Below, piece after piece: positions 30,883 to 40,558 of a stretch of DNA of 52,316 nucleotides (its first letter is position 1; the number at the start of each line of letters is the position of its first letter). Position numbers and translations under genes: made by a program. Source of the DNA: an uncultured Deinococcaceae bacterium (GTDB taxonomy: Bacteria > Deinococcota > Deinococci > Deinococcales > Deinococcaceae); NCBI GenBank assembly GCA_964252075.1, contig CAXULY010000040.1, positions 1-52,316 of the forward strand, given 5' to 3'. The notes under the pieces are model-generated. The model worked only from the letters and a program-made list of their open reading frames with translations, ran no database searches and had not been told where the DNA came from.

Positions 30883-33060
30883 TCACTTCACGATGGCGTC
30901 CATGTGCACCTCGACGGCACTCGTGGCCAGATCCGGGTGGTGGTGGTCCGTCGCTTCCAGCTGCAGGACGTAATCGGTGGCGGCTCCACTGCCGGGCAAC
31001 GCGGCGCTCGGGGCGAAGGTGTGCTCCAGGACGCCCGGCGCAGCCGTGCCTTGCGCCACCACCACCGCCGTTCCCGGCTCGCCCTTCCTGAACACCTTCA
31101 GCACGTAATCCACCGGGTCGAGGTCCGCGTCACTCAGCAGCATCTGCGCGGTGACGGACTCCCCGAACTTGAGGTTCACGGGACGCTCCGGGTGGTGCTG
31201 AATCGCCAGCAGGGCCTGGGCGGGCACGTTGTCGTTCGTTTTCCCCACGACGTTCACGGACACCTGGGCGACGCCCGCCGCGTGGTTCTCACCCACGGCC
31301 GTCAAGGTGATGGTGCGCGGGCCGGTCGTGGTGAAGGTGATGGAAGGCGCGCCGCAGTTGTGGGCGGTGGAGATAACGTCGGTGGGGTCCGAGCTGCTCC
31401 ACGTCTCTTTCGCGCAGTCATTGAGGCTGGAGAGGCCCAGCAGCGGCGCCGTCAGGGCGCTGCCCTGCAGGGTGAACGTCTGGTTGCCGGTGGGCGACTG
31501 GATGCTCACGGTGGGCGCCGGCGCCTGGAACTGAACGATCTGGAGCGGCATGGTCCTGGTGGCCTTCAGGCCCTCGTGGTCCACCGTGGTGACGGTGATG
31601 TGCCGCAGTCCTTCCTGCTGGAACCGGTGCGTGATGCAGCCGTCCGGCGACACGGTTTCGTTCAGCGTGTCCCGGTCGGAGGTGAACACGTACTTGAGGG
31701 TGCGGTCGGCGGCGTCGGGGTCCGTGGCGAGTGCGCACACGTCCACGACGTCCGCGGTGTTCAGGGGCCCGGTGGGCGTGCCCTCACCGAAGACCGGCTG
31801 GCGCTCCGCGGTGAGGTCCGTCACCACCGGCGGGTTGTTCTGCGCCATCGCCAGGTTCGCGCACTTCGTGAAGATGTTGCCGCCGTACTGGAAGGCCGTG
31901 AAGATCAGGTCGACGGACACGCCGGCGTTCGCCGCGGCGCACAGGTCCGCCTGCCACAGCGGCACGCTGGGGTACTGGAGGTTCAGGTCCGCGTAAACCC
32001 CGAGGTCCGCGTACGCACCCGCCAGCCCGTACAGCAGGAACTCCGCGCGCACCGATGGCCCAACCTGCAGGTTGGCGTTCATCTGCCCTTCGAACGCTCC
32101 AGGCACGAGCTTGAAGTCCGGTCCGCTCGACAGGTCATGCCACTGGCCTTTCTTGTACTCGGTGCCCGCCGCGGCGTGGAACGTCTGCGCAATGTCAAAC
32201 GTCATGTCGCCTTTGATCTGCCCGCTGCTGTCCAGGGAGATGATCAGCTTCGGAACCAGCACCACGGGCAGCGGCCCGACGGGGAAGGAGATGGGCGTGA
32301 AGAAGTACTCGTAGAGCGGCTTGCTTTCCTTGAACTTGTAATTTCCGTGCGCGAACAGCTTGAGGTCGGTGGACTGGTCCAGGCTCACCTTGGCCCGGAC
32401 CGCGTTGCCCTCCTCACCGCCGATGTTGAGGTGGAGGTCCAGCCCCAGCGCGAACTTCACCTTGCCGGTGGTGCCCACCTGATCGTTGGTGGTTTCGGGT
32501 TTGTCGTCCCCGTCATACAGCACCTTGTCCAGGGAAATTTCCCACGGCAGCACCGTGTTCGAGTCAATCAAGGACGCGGCCCCGATTCGCGGGGAGGATG
32601 GCAGCATCGACACGCCGGGGGCGAGTGGCCGGGCGGACGTCAGCTGTTCTGGCTTGAGGTCCACCTGGAAGTCCGCCTGGCCCTTGTTCAGGGCGTCTTC
32701 CAGTTTCGCCTGGTCCGCCTCGACCACCACCACGCCCTGTTCCTCGCGGGCGGAGCGGACCTTGACCAGGTAGCCGTACGGGGCGTTGGGGCCAGGCTCG
32801 CTGACCAGCACCTGTCCGGCGCTTAGGGTGGCGGTCTGGGGCGTCACGCGGTAGCGCAACTCATACCGCTGGACGGGGCTGGCGCCCAGCGACGTGAAGG
32901 CGGTGAGGGCCGCGCGACCACCCGCGTCCATCACGCGGGTGGTGGACTTCACCGCCACGTCCGACGCGGCAGGTGCGGCGGGCGGCTGGGGGGCCGAAGT
33001 GCAGGCCGTGACGAGGAGCGCGGCGCAGGTCAATGCGGTGAACACCTTGAGTTTTAACAC
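30883..33060 (-). CDS. large lipoprotein with beta-rich core and C-terminal Ig/PKD-like repeats
   Basis: GTG start after AGGAG; lipobox VTAC; G.R.IT.T repeats (EGLRHITVTTVD, TGPRTITLTAV). Confidence 0.85.
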   Translation of the reverse strand: MLKLKVFTALTCAALLVTACTSAPQPPAAPAASDVAVKSTTRVMDAGGRAALTAFTSLGASPVQRYELRYRVTPQTATLSAGQVLVSEPGPNAPYGYLVKVRSAREEQGVVVVEADQAKLEDALNKGQADFQVDLKPEQLTSARPLAPGVSMLPSSPRIGAASLIDSNTVLPWEISLDKVLYDGDDKPETTNDQVGTTGKVKFALGLDLHLNIGGEEGNAVRAKVSLDQSTDLKLFAHGNYKFKESKPLYEYFFTPISFPVGPLPVVLVPKLIISLDSSGQIKGDMTFDIAQTFHAAAGTEYKKGQWHDLSSGPDFKLVPGAFEGQMNANLQVGPSVRAEFLLYGLAGAYADLGVYADLNLQYPSVPLWQADLCAAANAGVSVDLIFTAFQYGGNIFTKCANLAMAQNNPPVVTDLTAERQPVFGEGTPTGPLNTADVVDVCALATDPDAADRTLKYVFTSDRDTLNETVSPDGCITHRFQQEGLRHITVTTVDHEGLKATRTMPLQIVQFQAPAPTVSIQSPTGNQTFTLQGSALTAPLLGLSSLNDCAKETWSSSDPTDVISTAHNCGAPSITFTTTGPRTITLTAVGENHAAGVAQVSVNVVGKTNDNVPAQALLAIQHHPERPVNLKFGESVTAQMLLSDADLDPVDYVLKVFRKGEPGTAVVVAQGTAAPGVLEHTFAPSAALPGSGAATDYVLQLEATDHHHPDLATSAVEVHMDAIVK

Positions 33061-33124
33061 GTGAGTTCTCCTGAGGAATGGGGATGAAGGACCGCTGGTC
33101 CCGTGACGTTCGGTCACGGGGGCC

Positions 33125-33157
33125 AGCGTAGGGAGGGGTGGGTCACGGTCCCGTCAT
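33125..33157 (-). promoter_or_regulatory. RTGAC-N6-RTGAC promoter (copy 1) for the lipoprotein gene
   Basis: Minus strand reads ATGACGGGACCGTGACCCACCCCTCCC-TACGCT. Confidence 0.75.
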
Positions 33158-33380
33158 TGCGCGGACGACGGCGGTCCTGGCCGGACGCGCGCCCGCCGCG
33201 CGTGGGCCACCAGGGCGGACAGAGGCGTCCGCCGACCGCCCCCGCGCGAGGGCACTGGGGTTTGTAGAGCACAACCCAGGCGCCCCAGCGTCCCGGCGCC
33301 GCGCATGCTAGCCACCCACCCGTCGGAGCGCAGGCAGCAATGCGGCCTGGAGGTGGGCACGGCGCGTCACGACTGGCGCC

Positions 33381-33413
33381 ATGACGGGACCGTGACGCCA
33401 CCCCCCGTACCTT
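33381..33413 (+). promoter_or_regulatory. RTGAC-N6-RTGAC promoter (copy 2) for the secreted protein gene
   Basis: ATGACGGGACCGTGACGCCACCCCCCG-TACCTT; first 16 nt identical to copy 1. Confidence 0.75.
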
Positions 33414-33489
33414 GACCGCAGCAGTGAACAGCGGCGCCCACGAGGGTCCCGCCCAGTTGACACTGAACCCCACCTCAAGGAGATCCACC

Positions 33490-33957
33490 ATGTCCAAGCG
33501 TCTGTTCCCCGCCGCCCTCATCACCCTCACCGCGCTGTCCGCCCTGTCCTTCTCGGAGGCGCAGCCCATCGCCGCCGAACCGCAGCAGTTCGTCGGGGTC
33601 TGGACCCTCATCAACGCCGACCCGAAAGAAGCGCCGTCCCTGCTCACCATTCACGCGGACGGCACGTTCTCCGTCTCTCAGGTGGCGGGCGGCGGAAACA
33701 CCGCGATTCACGGCGTATGGGCGCCGACCGGTGAGCGCAGCATGCGCCTGACGGGTCGCTGGCTGGCCGGGGACAACCACACCTTTAAGTTCATTGGGAC
33801 CGCGAAGATCACGGGGACGGTGGTGCTGACGAGCAGCACCCAGTTCAACGGTCAGACGACGGTGGAGGGCTTCAACGCCGCCGGACAGCCGCTGTTCAAG
33901 CTGCCCAGCAAGGTGCGCGGGCAGCGCGTGACCTTGGACGCCCTGCCGGCGCACTGA
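33490..33957 (+). CDS. secreted beta-barrel (lipocalin-like) hypothetical protein
   Basis: AAGGAG RBS; signal peptide ending SEA; FVGVW, TIHADGTF, HGVW strands. Confidence 0.8.
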   Translation: MSKRLFPAALITLTALSALSFSEAQPIAAEPQQFVGVWTLINADPKEAPSLLTIHADGTFSVSQVAGGGNTAIHGVWAPTGERSMRLTGRWLAGDNHTFKFIGTAKITGTVVLTSSTQFNGQTTVEGFNAAGQPLFKLPSKVRGQRVTLDALPAH

Positions 33958-33966
33958 CACATGGAA

Positions 33967-33996
33967 ACCCGACCTGTGTTGACCGGGTCGGGCCTT
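33967..33996 (+). terminator. hairpin after the secreted-protein gene
   Basis: CCCGACC...GGTCGGG stem followed by CCTTT. Confidence 0.45.
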
Positions 33997-34222
33997 TCCG
34001 TTTCAGCAGGAGTGGTGCGAGCAGGGCCGGGGTCAAGGACGGGGGTGTGCCCTACCACCCACCGCACTCGTGACGCGCGTCGGGATTTCAGACCCGCTCG
34101 CCCTCCTTCGGCGCCTACCACCGCTCACCAAGGGCGTTCAGCCAAGCTTCAGCCCAGGGGGACCGCTCAGCCACAGTCTAGGGACGGCGTTGGGCAGCCA
34201 CGCCGGTGTGCTGGTCGGGCAC

Positions 34223-34255
34223 GTGACGCCGCAATGACGCCCGGCCCGGTACCGT
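34223..34255 (+). promoter_or_regulatory. RTGAC-N6-RTGAC promoter (copy 3)
   Basis: GTGACGCCGCAATGACGCCCGGCCCGG-TACCGT; same spacing as copies 1 and 2. Confidence 0.65.
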
Positions 34256-34638
34256 CCAGTCATTCCAGCCGCCGCATCCACATGGACGCGTTCAGAAAGG
34301 ACCCGTATGCCTGATTGCTCACCGTCACCGAACGTCACTCGCCGTCCCGGCAGCGCTCAACGCAACGCCCCAGTGTGGGACCAGCACGTCACGCACCCCA
34401 CTGGCCCTCCACCCGCGCAAGGTAGTGCGGGCCGCCAGGGCGATCGACGTCCGCAGGGCCAACGGCAACCTGGGCAGCGCGTGCATTCAGCCCGGTGCCT
34501 CGCAGCACCACGGGGGACCACCAGCACAGGCTGGCGCGACAGGCCGCGAATGGGAGGTCGGCCTTTACCAGCCAGCGAAACGGTCGGGCCACCCTATGCG
34601 GGACCACCGACACCCTTCCTTTCACGTCCGGTGCGCGC

Positions 34639-35076
34639 ATGAGTGCCACGCGCCTTCCACCCTCGCCCCGTCAGATGGCGCTCGTCCGGATCAGCCTGAC
34701 GCACGCCCTCCCCCACGCGGCGACGCTGGCGGCGGTGTTCTACGCCCGGCTGTTCGAGCTGGACCCATCCGCGCGCCGGCTCTTCCCGCAGGACATGACG
34801 CGGCAAGGGCACAAGCTGATCGACATGCTGGACGCCCTCGCCGGCGACCTGACCCGCTGGGACGCGCTGCGTCCGGCCGCGCGGCGCCTGGGGGCGCGGC
34901 ACGCGAATTACGGCGTGGTCGACGGTCATTACGGCACGGTGGGCGCCGCGCTGCTCTGGGCGCTGGAGCGGACGCTCGCCCAGCACTTCACGTCAGAAGT
35001 GCGTGACGCGTGGGCCGCGGTGTATGACGTGCTCGCCGACGAGATGCGCGCAGGCACCAGCGCGCGGCCCTCATGA
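34639..35076 (+). CDS. single-domain globin (flavohemoglobin/Vitreoscilla Hb-like)
   Basis: FYARLFELDP..RRLF, QGHKL, LGARHANYGV (proximal His), HY..VG.ALL, AW...Y. Confidence 0.92.
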   Translation: MSATRLPPSPRQMALVRISLTHALPHAATLAAVFYARLFELDPSARRLFPQDMTRQGHKLIDMLDALAGDLTRWDALRPAARRLGARHANYGVVDGHYGTVGAALLWALERTLAQHFTSEVRDAWAAVYDVLADEMRAGTSARPS

Positions 35077-35316
35077 TCAGCCGCGCCGCGTGCGCGTACA
35101 AGCCAGGCGGACGTTCAACGTGGTAATTCGCGCCTGCCTAGGCAATCCTTGAGGGGTTCACCTCCAGAGTTCCGCCCGCCAGGCCACGGGCCTTTCACTG
35201 ATCGACCCGCGGTTTCCGCCTGAACGCCGCGACCGGGACTCATGCTGCTCGCCTCCGCTCCGCCGTCCACTTCACCCGCCGCGTCACGCGCGACCCCGCG
35301 TTTCTCCAGGAGTTGC

Positions 35317-36303
35317 ATGCCATACGTTTCTTCCCGCGCCCTCCCCATCCGCATGTCTGCCCTCGTGATTGACCGCTTCGGCGGCCCCGCCGTCCTCGCC
35401 GTCCGCTCGGTGCCCCTGCCGGAGGTCGGCCCGGACGAGGTGCTCGTGCGCCTTGACGCCGCGGGCCTCGGACCGTGGGATGTGGAGCTCCGCGCGGGTC
35501 GCTGGGCGACCGGCACCGAACGCTTCCCACTGATTCCGGGAACGGACGGCGCGGGGACCGTCGCGGCGGTTGGTGCACGCGTCAAGCGGTTCCGCCCGGG
35601 CGACCGGGTCTATGCGTACCGCTTCAACAATCCGCCGGGCGGTTTTCACGCGCAGTTTGTCGCGGTCACTGAGGCCGCCGTGGCCTGCGTTCCCGAGGCG
35701 CTGGAGGGCGTCACGGCAGGCGCCCTACCCACCGTGGGCCTCACCGCCCTTCAGGGCATCGAGACGCACCTTAGGGTCCGCGAAGGGGACGACGTCCTCA
35801 TTCTGGGCGCCACGGGGGGCGTGGGGACCCTGGCGGTGCAGTTCGCGCGCCAAGCGGGCGCGCGCGTGCTGGCCGCTGCAACGGGCGTCGAGGGTGCCGC
35901 GCTGGTGCGGCGCCTCGGGGCGCACGCCACCTTCGATCCCCGCCTCGACGACCCCGTAGACGTCGCGCGCGCGTTCGCCCCTGGAGGTGTGACGGCCGTG
36001 CTGGCGAACGTGGGCGGTGAGGTCCTCGCCCGGCTCGCGCGGGACCTCGCGGCGGACGCCCGCGTCGCCGTCCCGAGTGGCGTCCGGGACCTCCCCGGTC
36101 TGCCGCCCGGTCAGCTGAGGGAGTACAGTGCCGTCGCCTCCCCGGAAGCCTTCGAGCGGCTGGCGCTGGCCTGGAAGCGCGCGAGGGCCGTGCTGCCCCT
36201 CGCGAAGGTGTACGACCTGTCTGACGCGCCCGCGGCCTTCTCGACCCTTGAGCGGGGGGGCGTGCACGGCAAGATCGCCTTTCGCTTCCCTCGCGTTTCC
36301 TGA
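35317..36303 (+). CDS. MDR superfamily NADP-dependent (quinone) oxidoreductase, zinc-independent
   Basis: IDRFGGP, IPGTDGAGTV, GLTALQG, LGATGGVG, GKI; AGGAG RBS. Confidence 0.92.
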   Translation: MPYVSSRALPIRMSALVIDRFGGPAVLAVRSVPLPEVGPDEVLVRLDAAGLGPWDVELRAGRWATGTERFPLIPGTDGAGTVAAVGARVKRFRPGDRVYAYRFNNPPGGFHAQFVAVTEAAVACVPEALEGVTAGALPTVGLTALQGIETHLRVREGDDVLILGATGGVGTLAVQFARQAGARVLAAATGVEGAALVRRLGAHATFDPRLDDPVDVARAFAPGGVTAVLANVGGEVLARLARDLAADARVAVPSGVRDLPGLPPGQLREYSAVASPEAFERLALAWKRARAVLPLAKVYDLSDAPAAFSTLERGGVHGKIAFRFPRVS

Positions 36304-36315
36304 AAGGACCATGCC

Positions 36316-36720
36316 ATGCCTCACGTCCGCATCGACCTGCGCCGCCAGCGCGACCCGGAGCACCCACGGCGCGTGTCGCGCGCCATCCACCGCGCCCTCA
36401 CCGACACGTTCGGGGTCCCACACGACGACCTGATGCATGTCGTCACCGAGCATGAAGACCTCACCTTCATCTCGCACCCCACGTACCTCGGCACGCCCCG
36501 CACCGCGCAACTCGTGCTGATTCAGGTGGTGTGCAACCCGGGGCGTTCTCTGCACGTCAAACGCGCCTTCTACCGGCGCGCGGCGGCCCTGCTGCTGCAG
36601 GAGGCCGGCATCGGGCCTGACGATGTCGTCATTCAGATCAGTGAGGTGCCACGGGAAAACTGGAGTCTGGGTGGCGGCCGCGTTCAGGGCGAAAGCAACA
36701 CCGCGGAGTCCGGGGTTTAG
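36316..36720 (+). CDS. tautomerase family protein (MSAD-like)
   Basis: Pro1 (MPHVRID), FGVPHDD, GRS..K..FY, ENWSLG.G; AAAGGA RBS. Confidence 0.9.
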   Translation: MPHVRIDLRRQRDPEHPRRVSRAIHRALTDTFGVPHDDLMHVVTEHEDLTFISHPTYLGTPRTAQLVLIQVVCNPGRSLHVKRAFYRRAAALLLQEAGIGPDDVVIQISEVPRENWSLGGGRVQGESNTAESGV

Positions 36721-37052
36721 CGCCGCGCGCGGGCCACCAGCGCGCCACCGGCTCAGGCATCAGGCCCGGGGTTGAGGCGGTGCGCTGCTCGGTGCGGTGA
36801 GCGGGCGCTCCAGTGGTCCGAGCGGTTTATCGTGGCGCGGCGGTGACCGCGGACGCGCGTGGTGCAGGGCACCTTCGCGCCTGGTGCGAACGCGTGAAGC
36901 GAAGCGACTCCCGCGCAGGACCGTCAAGACCTCATTGGGCCCACTGTCGAGGTGGTGAGCCGGGACGTGCGGGCTGCCCAACCTCAGCGAACTGGATGCT
37001 GTTCGGGGCTGGACGCCCACCCTCCTGGGTCTTTGCACATGCGGGGAGGTGG

Positions 37053-37967
37053 TTACGCGGTGGACTGGGGGACGCGCGTGAACTGGGCGGCGTGCGCGCG
37101 CACCCAGGATTCCAGCGGCGTCAGCTGGACGGGGAGGAGCGCGAGGGCGGCGCGCACGTCCACATTCGTCGAGAAGCGCTCGGGATGCGTGAACGCCCCC
37201 TCGTAGGCCTGCGCGGTCGCGTCCCCGGCGCCGGGGAACACGGCATCGAGCCGATCGCCGAACTCCCGGGGCGGCATGGACCGCCACCGGATGGGGTGGT
37301 GCAGGCCGCGCGCGAAGCGGTCCGCCATCCCTTCGATGTTGAGGCGTTCCGGCCCGGCGAGCTTCAGGGAGGCGGGCGCGATGTGCGGGTGGTCGAAGGC
37401 CGAGGCGGCGAACGCGGCGACGTCATCGATCGAGATGGGCTGCACGGACACGCTGGTTGGGAAGGGATACGCGAAGGTGTCCTGCTCGGCCACCTCATGG
37501 CGCGTCCAGGGCCCGAGGAAGTTCTCGAAGTAACTGGTCGGCTGAAGGGCGATGTACGGCAGGCCACTGCTCTGCAGCCGGGCGAGCAGCGGGCGGCGGA
37601 CGTCGAGGGCGGGGTTGCCGGTGTCCTGATCCGGGATGTCGCCCGTCGGATTCCACACCACGAGGTTCACGTTCGCGCGCCGCGCGGCGTCGATGATGTG
37701 CTCGCCGTAGCGCAGGGCATCGTTCGGTGCGGCGGTGAACGGCACAAGGAAGAACAGGCCGTCGACGCCTTTGAGGGCCCGGTCGAGTGAGGCGGGGTCA
37801 TCGAGGTCGCCGGGGACCACTTCCGCCCCGAGGTCCGCGAGGGCGCGCGCCCGTTCGGGCTGGCGGGCGAGGACGCGCACGGCGCGGCCTGAGGCGAGCA
37901 GGTGGCGGGCGACCGGTTCGCCCTGAGCGCCGGTGGCGCCGATGACGAGGATATGGGTGATGGGCAT
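37053..37967 (-). CDS. NmrA-family NAD(P)-binding protein
   Basis: ILVIGATGAQG, GDLDDPASL, PTSYFEN, ISIDDVA; AAAGGA RBS. Confidence 0.92.
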   Translation of the reverse strand: MPITHILVIGATGAQGEPVARHLLASGRAVRVLARQPERARALADLGAEVVPGDLDDPASLDRALKGVDGLFFLVPFTAAPNDALRYGEHIIDAARRANVNLVVWNPTGDIPDQDTGNPALDVRRPLLARLQSSGLPYIALQPTSYFENFLGPWTRHEVAEQDTFAYPFPTSVSVQPISIDDVAAFAASAFDHPHIAPASLKLAGPERLNIEGMADRFARGLHHPIRWRSMPPREFGDRLDAVFPGAGDATAQAYEGAFTHPERFSTNVDVRAALALLPVQLTPLESWVRAHAAQFTRVPQSTA

Positions 37968-38143
37968 GGGTGGGTCCTTTCCAAGGCGCACGGCGGCCCG
38001 TGCGGCGCCTTAAGGCGCCGCAGTTTTGGTGGTTCCGCCGTGTGGTGGGGCGCGCCACTGCGCCCCACCTCCTTTGGAATGCACAGTAGCAGGAGCGCAT
38101 CAAAGTGTGAAGAAGTATGTTTTTTCTGCGCTAGTATCAAAAA

Positions 38144-38464
38144 ATGAAGTACGTGGAGCGGGTGGAGGCGTCCGGATGTCCCGTGGAGCGGACGGTGGAC
38201 ATTGTGGGTGGCCGCTGGACGACCCTCATCGTCAACGAGTTGCTGTCCGGCACGAAACGCTACGGGCAGCTGCGCGCGGCGCTGACGGGGGTGAGCCCCA
38301 AGACCCTCACGGACAAACTGCGTGAGCTGGAAGACCACGGCGTCGTCACGCGCACCGTCCACGCGAGCGTGCCCCCCAAGGTGGAGTACACCCTGACGGA
38401 GAAGGGACAGGCGCTGGAGGCCGTGATCGGCGCGATGCGCGTGTGGGGACAGCGCTGGACCTGA
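38144..38464 (+). CDS. HxlR-family (HypR/YodB-like) regulator
   Basis: CPVERTVDIVGGRW, SPKTLTDKLRELE, PPKVEYTLT; leaderless after TAGTAT. Confidence 0.93.
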   Translation: MKYVERVEASGCPVERTVDIVGGRWTTLIVNELLSGTKRYGQLRAALTGVSPKTLTDKLRELEDHGVVTRTVHASVPPKVEYTLTEKGQALEAVIGAMRVWGQRWT

Positions 38465-38613
38465 CAAGGCGCTCCACGGACGGCCGCCTGGCGGGGATTC
38501 TCAGGGGCGACGGCGCGTGGCCCCAGTCAGCGCGCCGCCAGGACCGGCGTGTCGGCCGCCGAAGCCTGATGGGGCCATCCGTGCGCTCGGGCAGGCCGCC
38601 AGAAAGGGTGCAG

Positions 38614-39399
38614 TCATCCACCACCCGGCCGTTCCCGCCCGGCCGCCCCGCCCCGCTGCAGGAGGCGCCGCCACGCCCCCTCCACGTCATCCGGGACGTC
38701 CACGTGTGCGATGAACCCCTGCCCCTCCGGCCCGTACCCCCGCGTGTCGTCGCGCAAGCGGGGCACCTCGCCCATCAGCAGCGAGAAGAAGCGCTCGAAC
38801 GGCCACGGGGGCTCGTCCCCCGCGAGGCGCCCGTCGGGACCGAGGTGCGGCTGGTGCCCCGGGTGATTCACCACGACGGGCGGGCGGGGCCGGTCACGCC
38901 ACACCCGTTGAAACGTTGCCGCGGCGCGGCGCTGCAGGAGGGGGTCTTGCATCAGAATCACGCGTTCCGGCGTGAAGCCGCGCTCCGTCATGAGGCGGTC
39001 GGTGAACACCGCGTTCTCACCCGTGTGGCTGGACGCGTTCTCCACGTGAATCTGCCGCTCGGGCAGGTTCCAGACCTGCACGGCCATGTCGCGCATCACG
39101 TCCGCTTCGGCGCGTCCTGCCGTGGCGATGCGCGCGTAGCACGCCCGGCGGGCCAGCGCGCGCGCCAGCCAGACGGTGGAGTGACCGGCGCCTCCGCTCA
39201 GCCACAGGGGAAGCTGGCGGTCGCGGGCCAGCGTGAACGCGCGTTCCAGCGTCGGCAGCACCGCGTTGCCCAGCAGCACGATGGCCTGCGCTTCCGGCTG
39301 GAGGGGCGTGAGGTCGTCCACGGCCAGCCAAGCCGCGATGCCGTTCAGGTCCTTCACGGCCACGTCATCCAGCCAGGGTGGGGGGGGCGTGTGCTCCAT
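38614..39399 (-). CDS. YdcF/ElyC/SanA (DUF218) family protein
   Basis: [55 protein letters not shown]. Confidence 0.9.
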   Translation of the reverse strand: MEHTPPPPWLDDVAVKDLNGIAAWLAVDDLTPLQPEAQAIVLLGNAVLPTLERAFTLARDRQLPLWLSGGAGHSTVWLARALARRACYARIATAGRAEADVMRDMAVQVWNLPERQIHVENASSHTGENAVFTDRLMTERGFTPERVILMQDPLLQRRAAATFQRVWRDRPRPPVVVNHPGHQPHLGPDGRLAGDEPPWPFERFFSLLMGEVPRLRDDTRGYGPEGQGFIAHVDVPDDVEGAWRRLLQRGGAAGRERPGGG

Positions 39400-39723
39400 G
39401 GGTCAGTATCGTGCGGTCGCGGCGCCTAAGGGCGGGTCTGGAGATGCGGGGCCATCCATGGCCGTGCTGTGGTGTTGGCGTAGCGATACAGTGCCTGATG
39501 GATGGACGAACGTCAACTCGGGCGCGACCTCACCGTCCTGAAGGGACTGGCTCGGTGGTGGCCCTGAGGGGTGGGTTCGCGAAGACCTCGTGATTTAGAG
39601 GGGTCCTTGTGCGTGGAGGCGCGCCGCAGGCGAACAACCCTCGCCGTCACGGGAACAGGCACCCAGCGAAGGAGAGCGGCGGCCCGACCCATCGAGCAGG
39701 AGCCGCGGTGCGACCTCTGGTGC

Positions 39724-40506
39724 TCATGCGCCGGGTGCCTGACGCAGGCGCGACGCGAAGGACTGCACGGCCTCCTGCGCCTCCTTCAGCGGTCGCGGAG
39801 GCAGGTGGTCCGCGCGGAGGGTCAGGTACAACCGCACCCCTTCGTCCAGAGCGTCCGCGCACGAACCGCGTGAATGCGAGGCGAGCGTTCCTGCAAGGGA
39901 CACGCCCGTCCGGGCCTCCAGCGCTTCGAGGTGGCGCACCCCCCGTGGCCGTTCGCCCGCCCGGCGCGCCAGCATCGGCGCCCACACCTGCGATCGCAGG
40001 AACGCCAGCGTGTCGATCGCCTCGTACAGTTCCCCCCGACCGACCTTCAGCCAGGCGTAGTGGGTCCAGATCCAGAACCGGTCCTCGTACCACTGCGCGT
40101 CACGTTCGTCCTCATCGAATGCACCCGTGCGCGCGCCCGTGAGGACGTCCGGCGACCGCAGGAACGCCACCCTGGAATCCGCCACCTGGAAGGCGTCGGT
40201 CACCCGGATGAACTTCAGGTCGACGTGCAGGGGGTGTGGGCCGTACAGGCAGATCAGCAGGCGCGGTTCCCCCACGTGTTCGCCCGTGAAGCAGGCGAGC
40301 AGGTCGCCGAGGGAGCGCGCCACGACGCGGCGCTCCTCAGGGCGTTCGGGATACGCGTCATCCGACCACACCAGCACGAGGTCCACATCGGAATAGGCGT
40401 CCCCGCCGTGGCGCAGCGACCCGGCGATGAGGACGGCGGCGACGCGTTCGTCGCGCGCGAGTCGCTGCGCGGCGTGCTCAATGAAGCGGTGCTGGTCGAG
40501 CGTCAT
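39724..40506 (-). CDS. Pol-beta superfamily nucleotidyltransferase (LinB/ANT-like)
   Basis: AGS..G.D.YSDVDL, FTGEHVGEPRLLICLY, HVDLKF, EDRFWIW.HY, RGELYEA; AGGAG RBS. Confidence 0.88.
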   Translation of the reverse strand: MTLDQHRFIEHAAQRLARDERVAAVLIAGSLRHGGDAYSDVDLVLVWSDDAYPERPEERRVVARSLGDLLACFTGEHVGEPRLLICLYGPHPLHVDLKFIRVTDAFQVADSRVAFLRSPDVLTGARTGAFDEDERDAQWYEDRFWIWTHYAWLKVGRGELYEAIDTLAFLRSQVWAPMLARRAGERPRGVRHLEALEARTGVSLAGTLASHSRGSCADALDEGVRLYLTLRADHLPPRPLKEAQEAVQSFASRLRQAPGA

Positions 40507-40558
40507 GGCGGCTCCTGTGCGGTGATGTGAGTGGGTCACTGCTGGGGCGGCGCGGCCC

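Noticed and set aside
28752..32826. Long ORFs 28752-30746 (-) and 30472-32826 (+)
   Set aside because: Antisense shadows of real high-GC genes; no motifs
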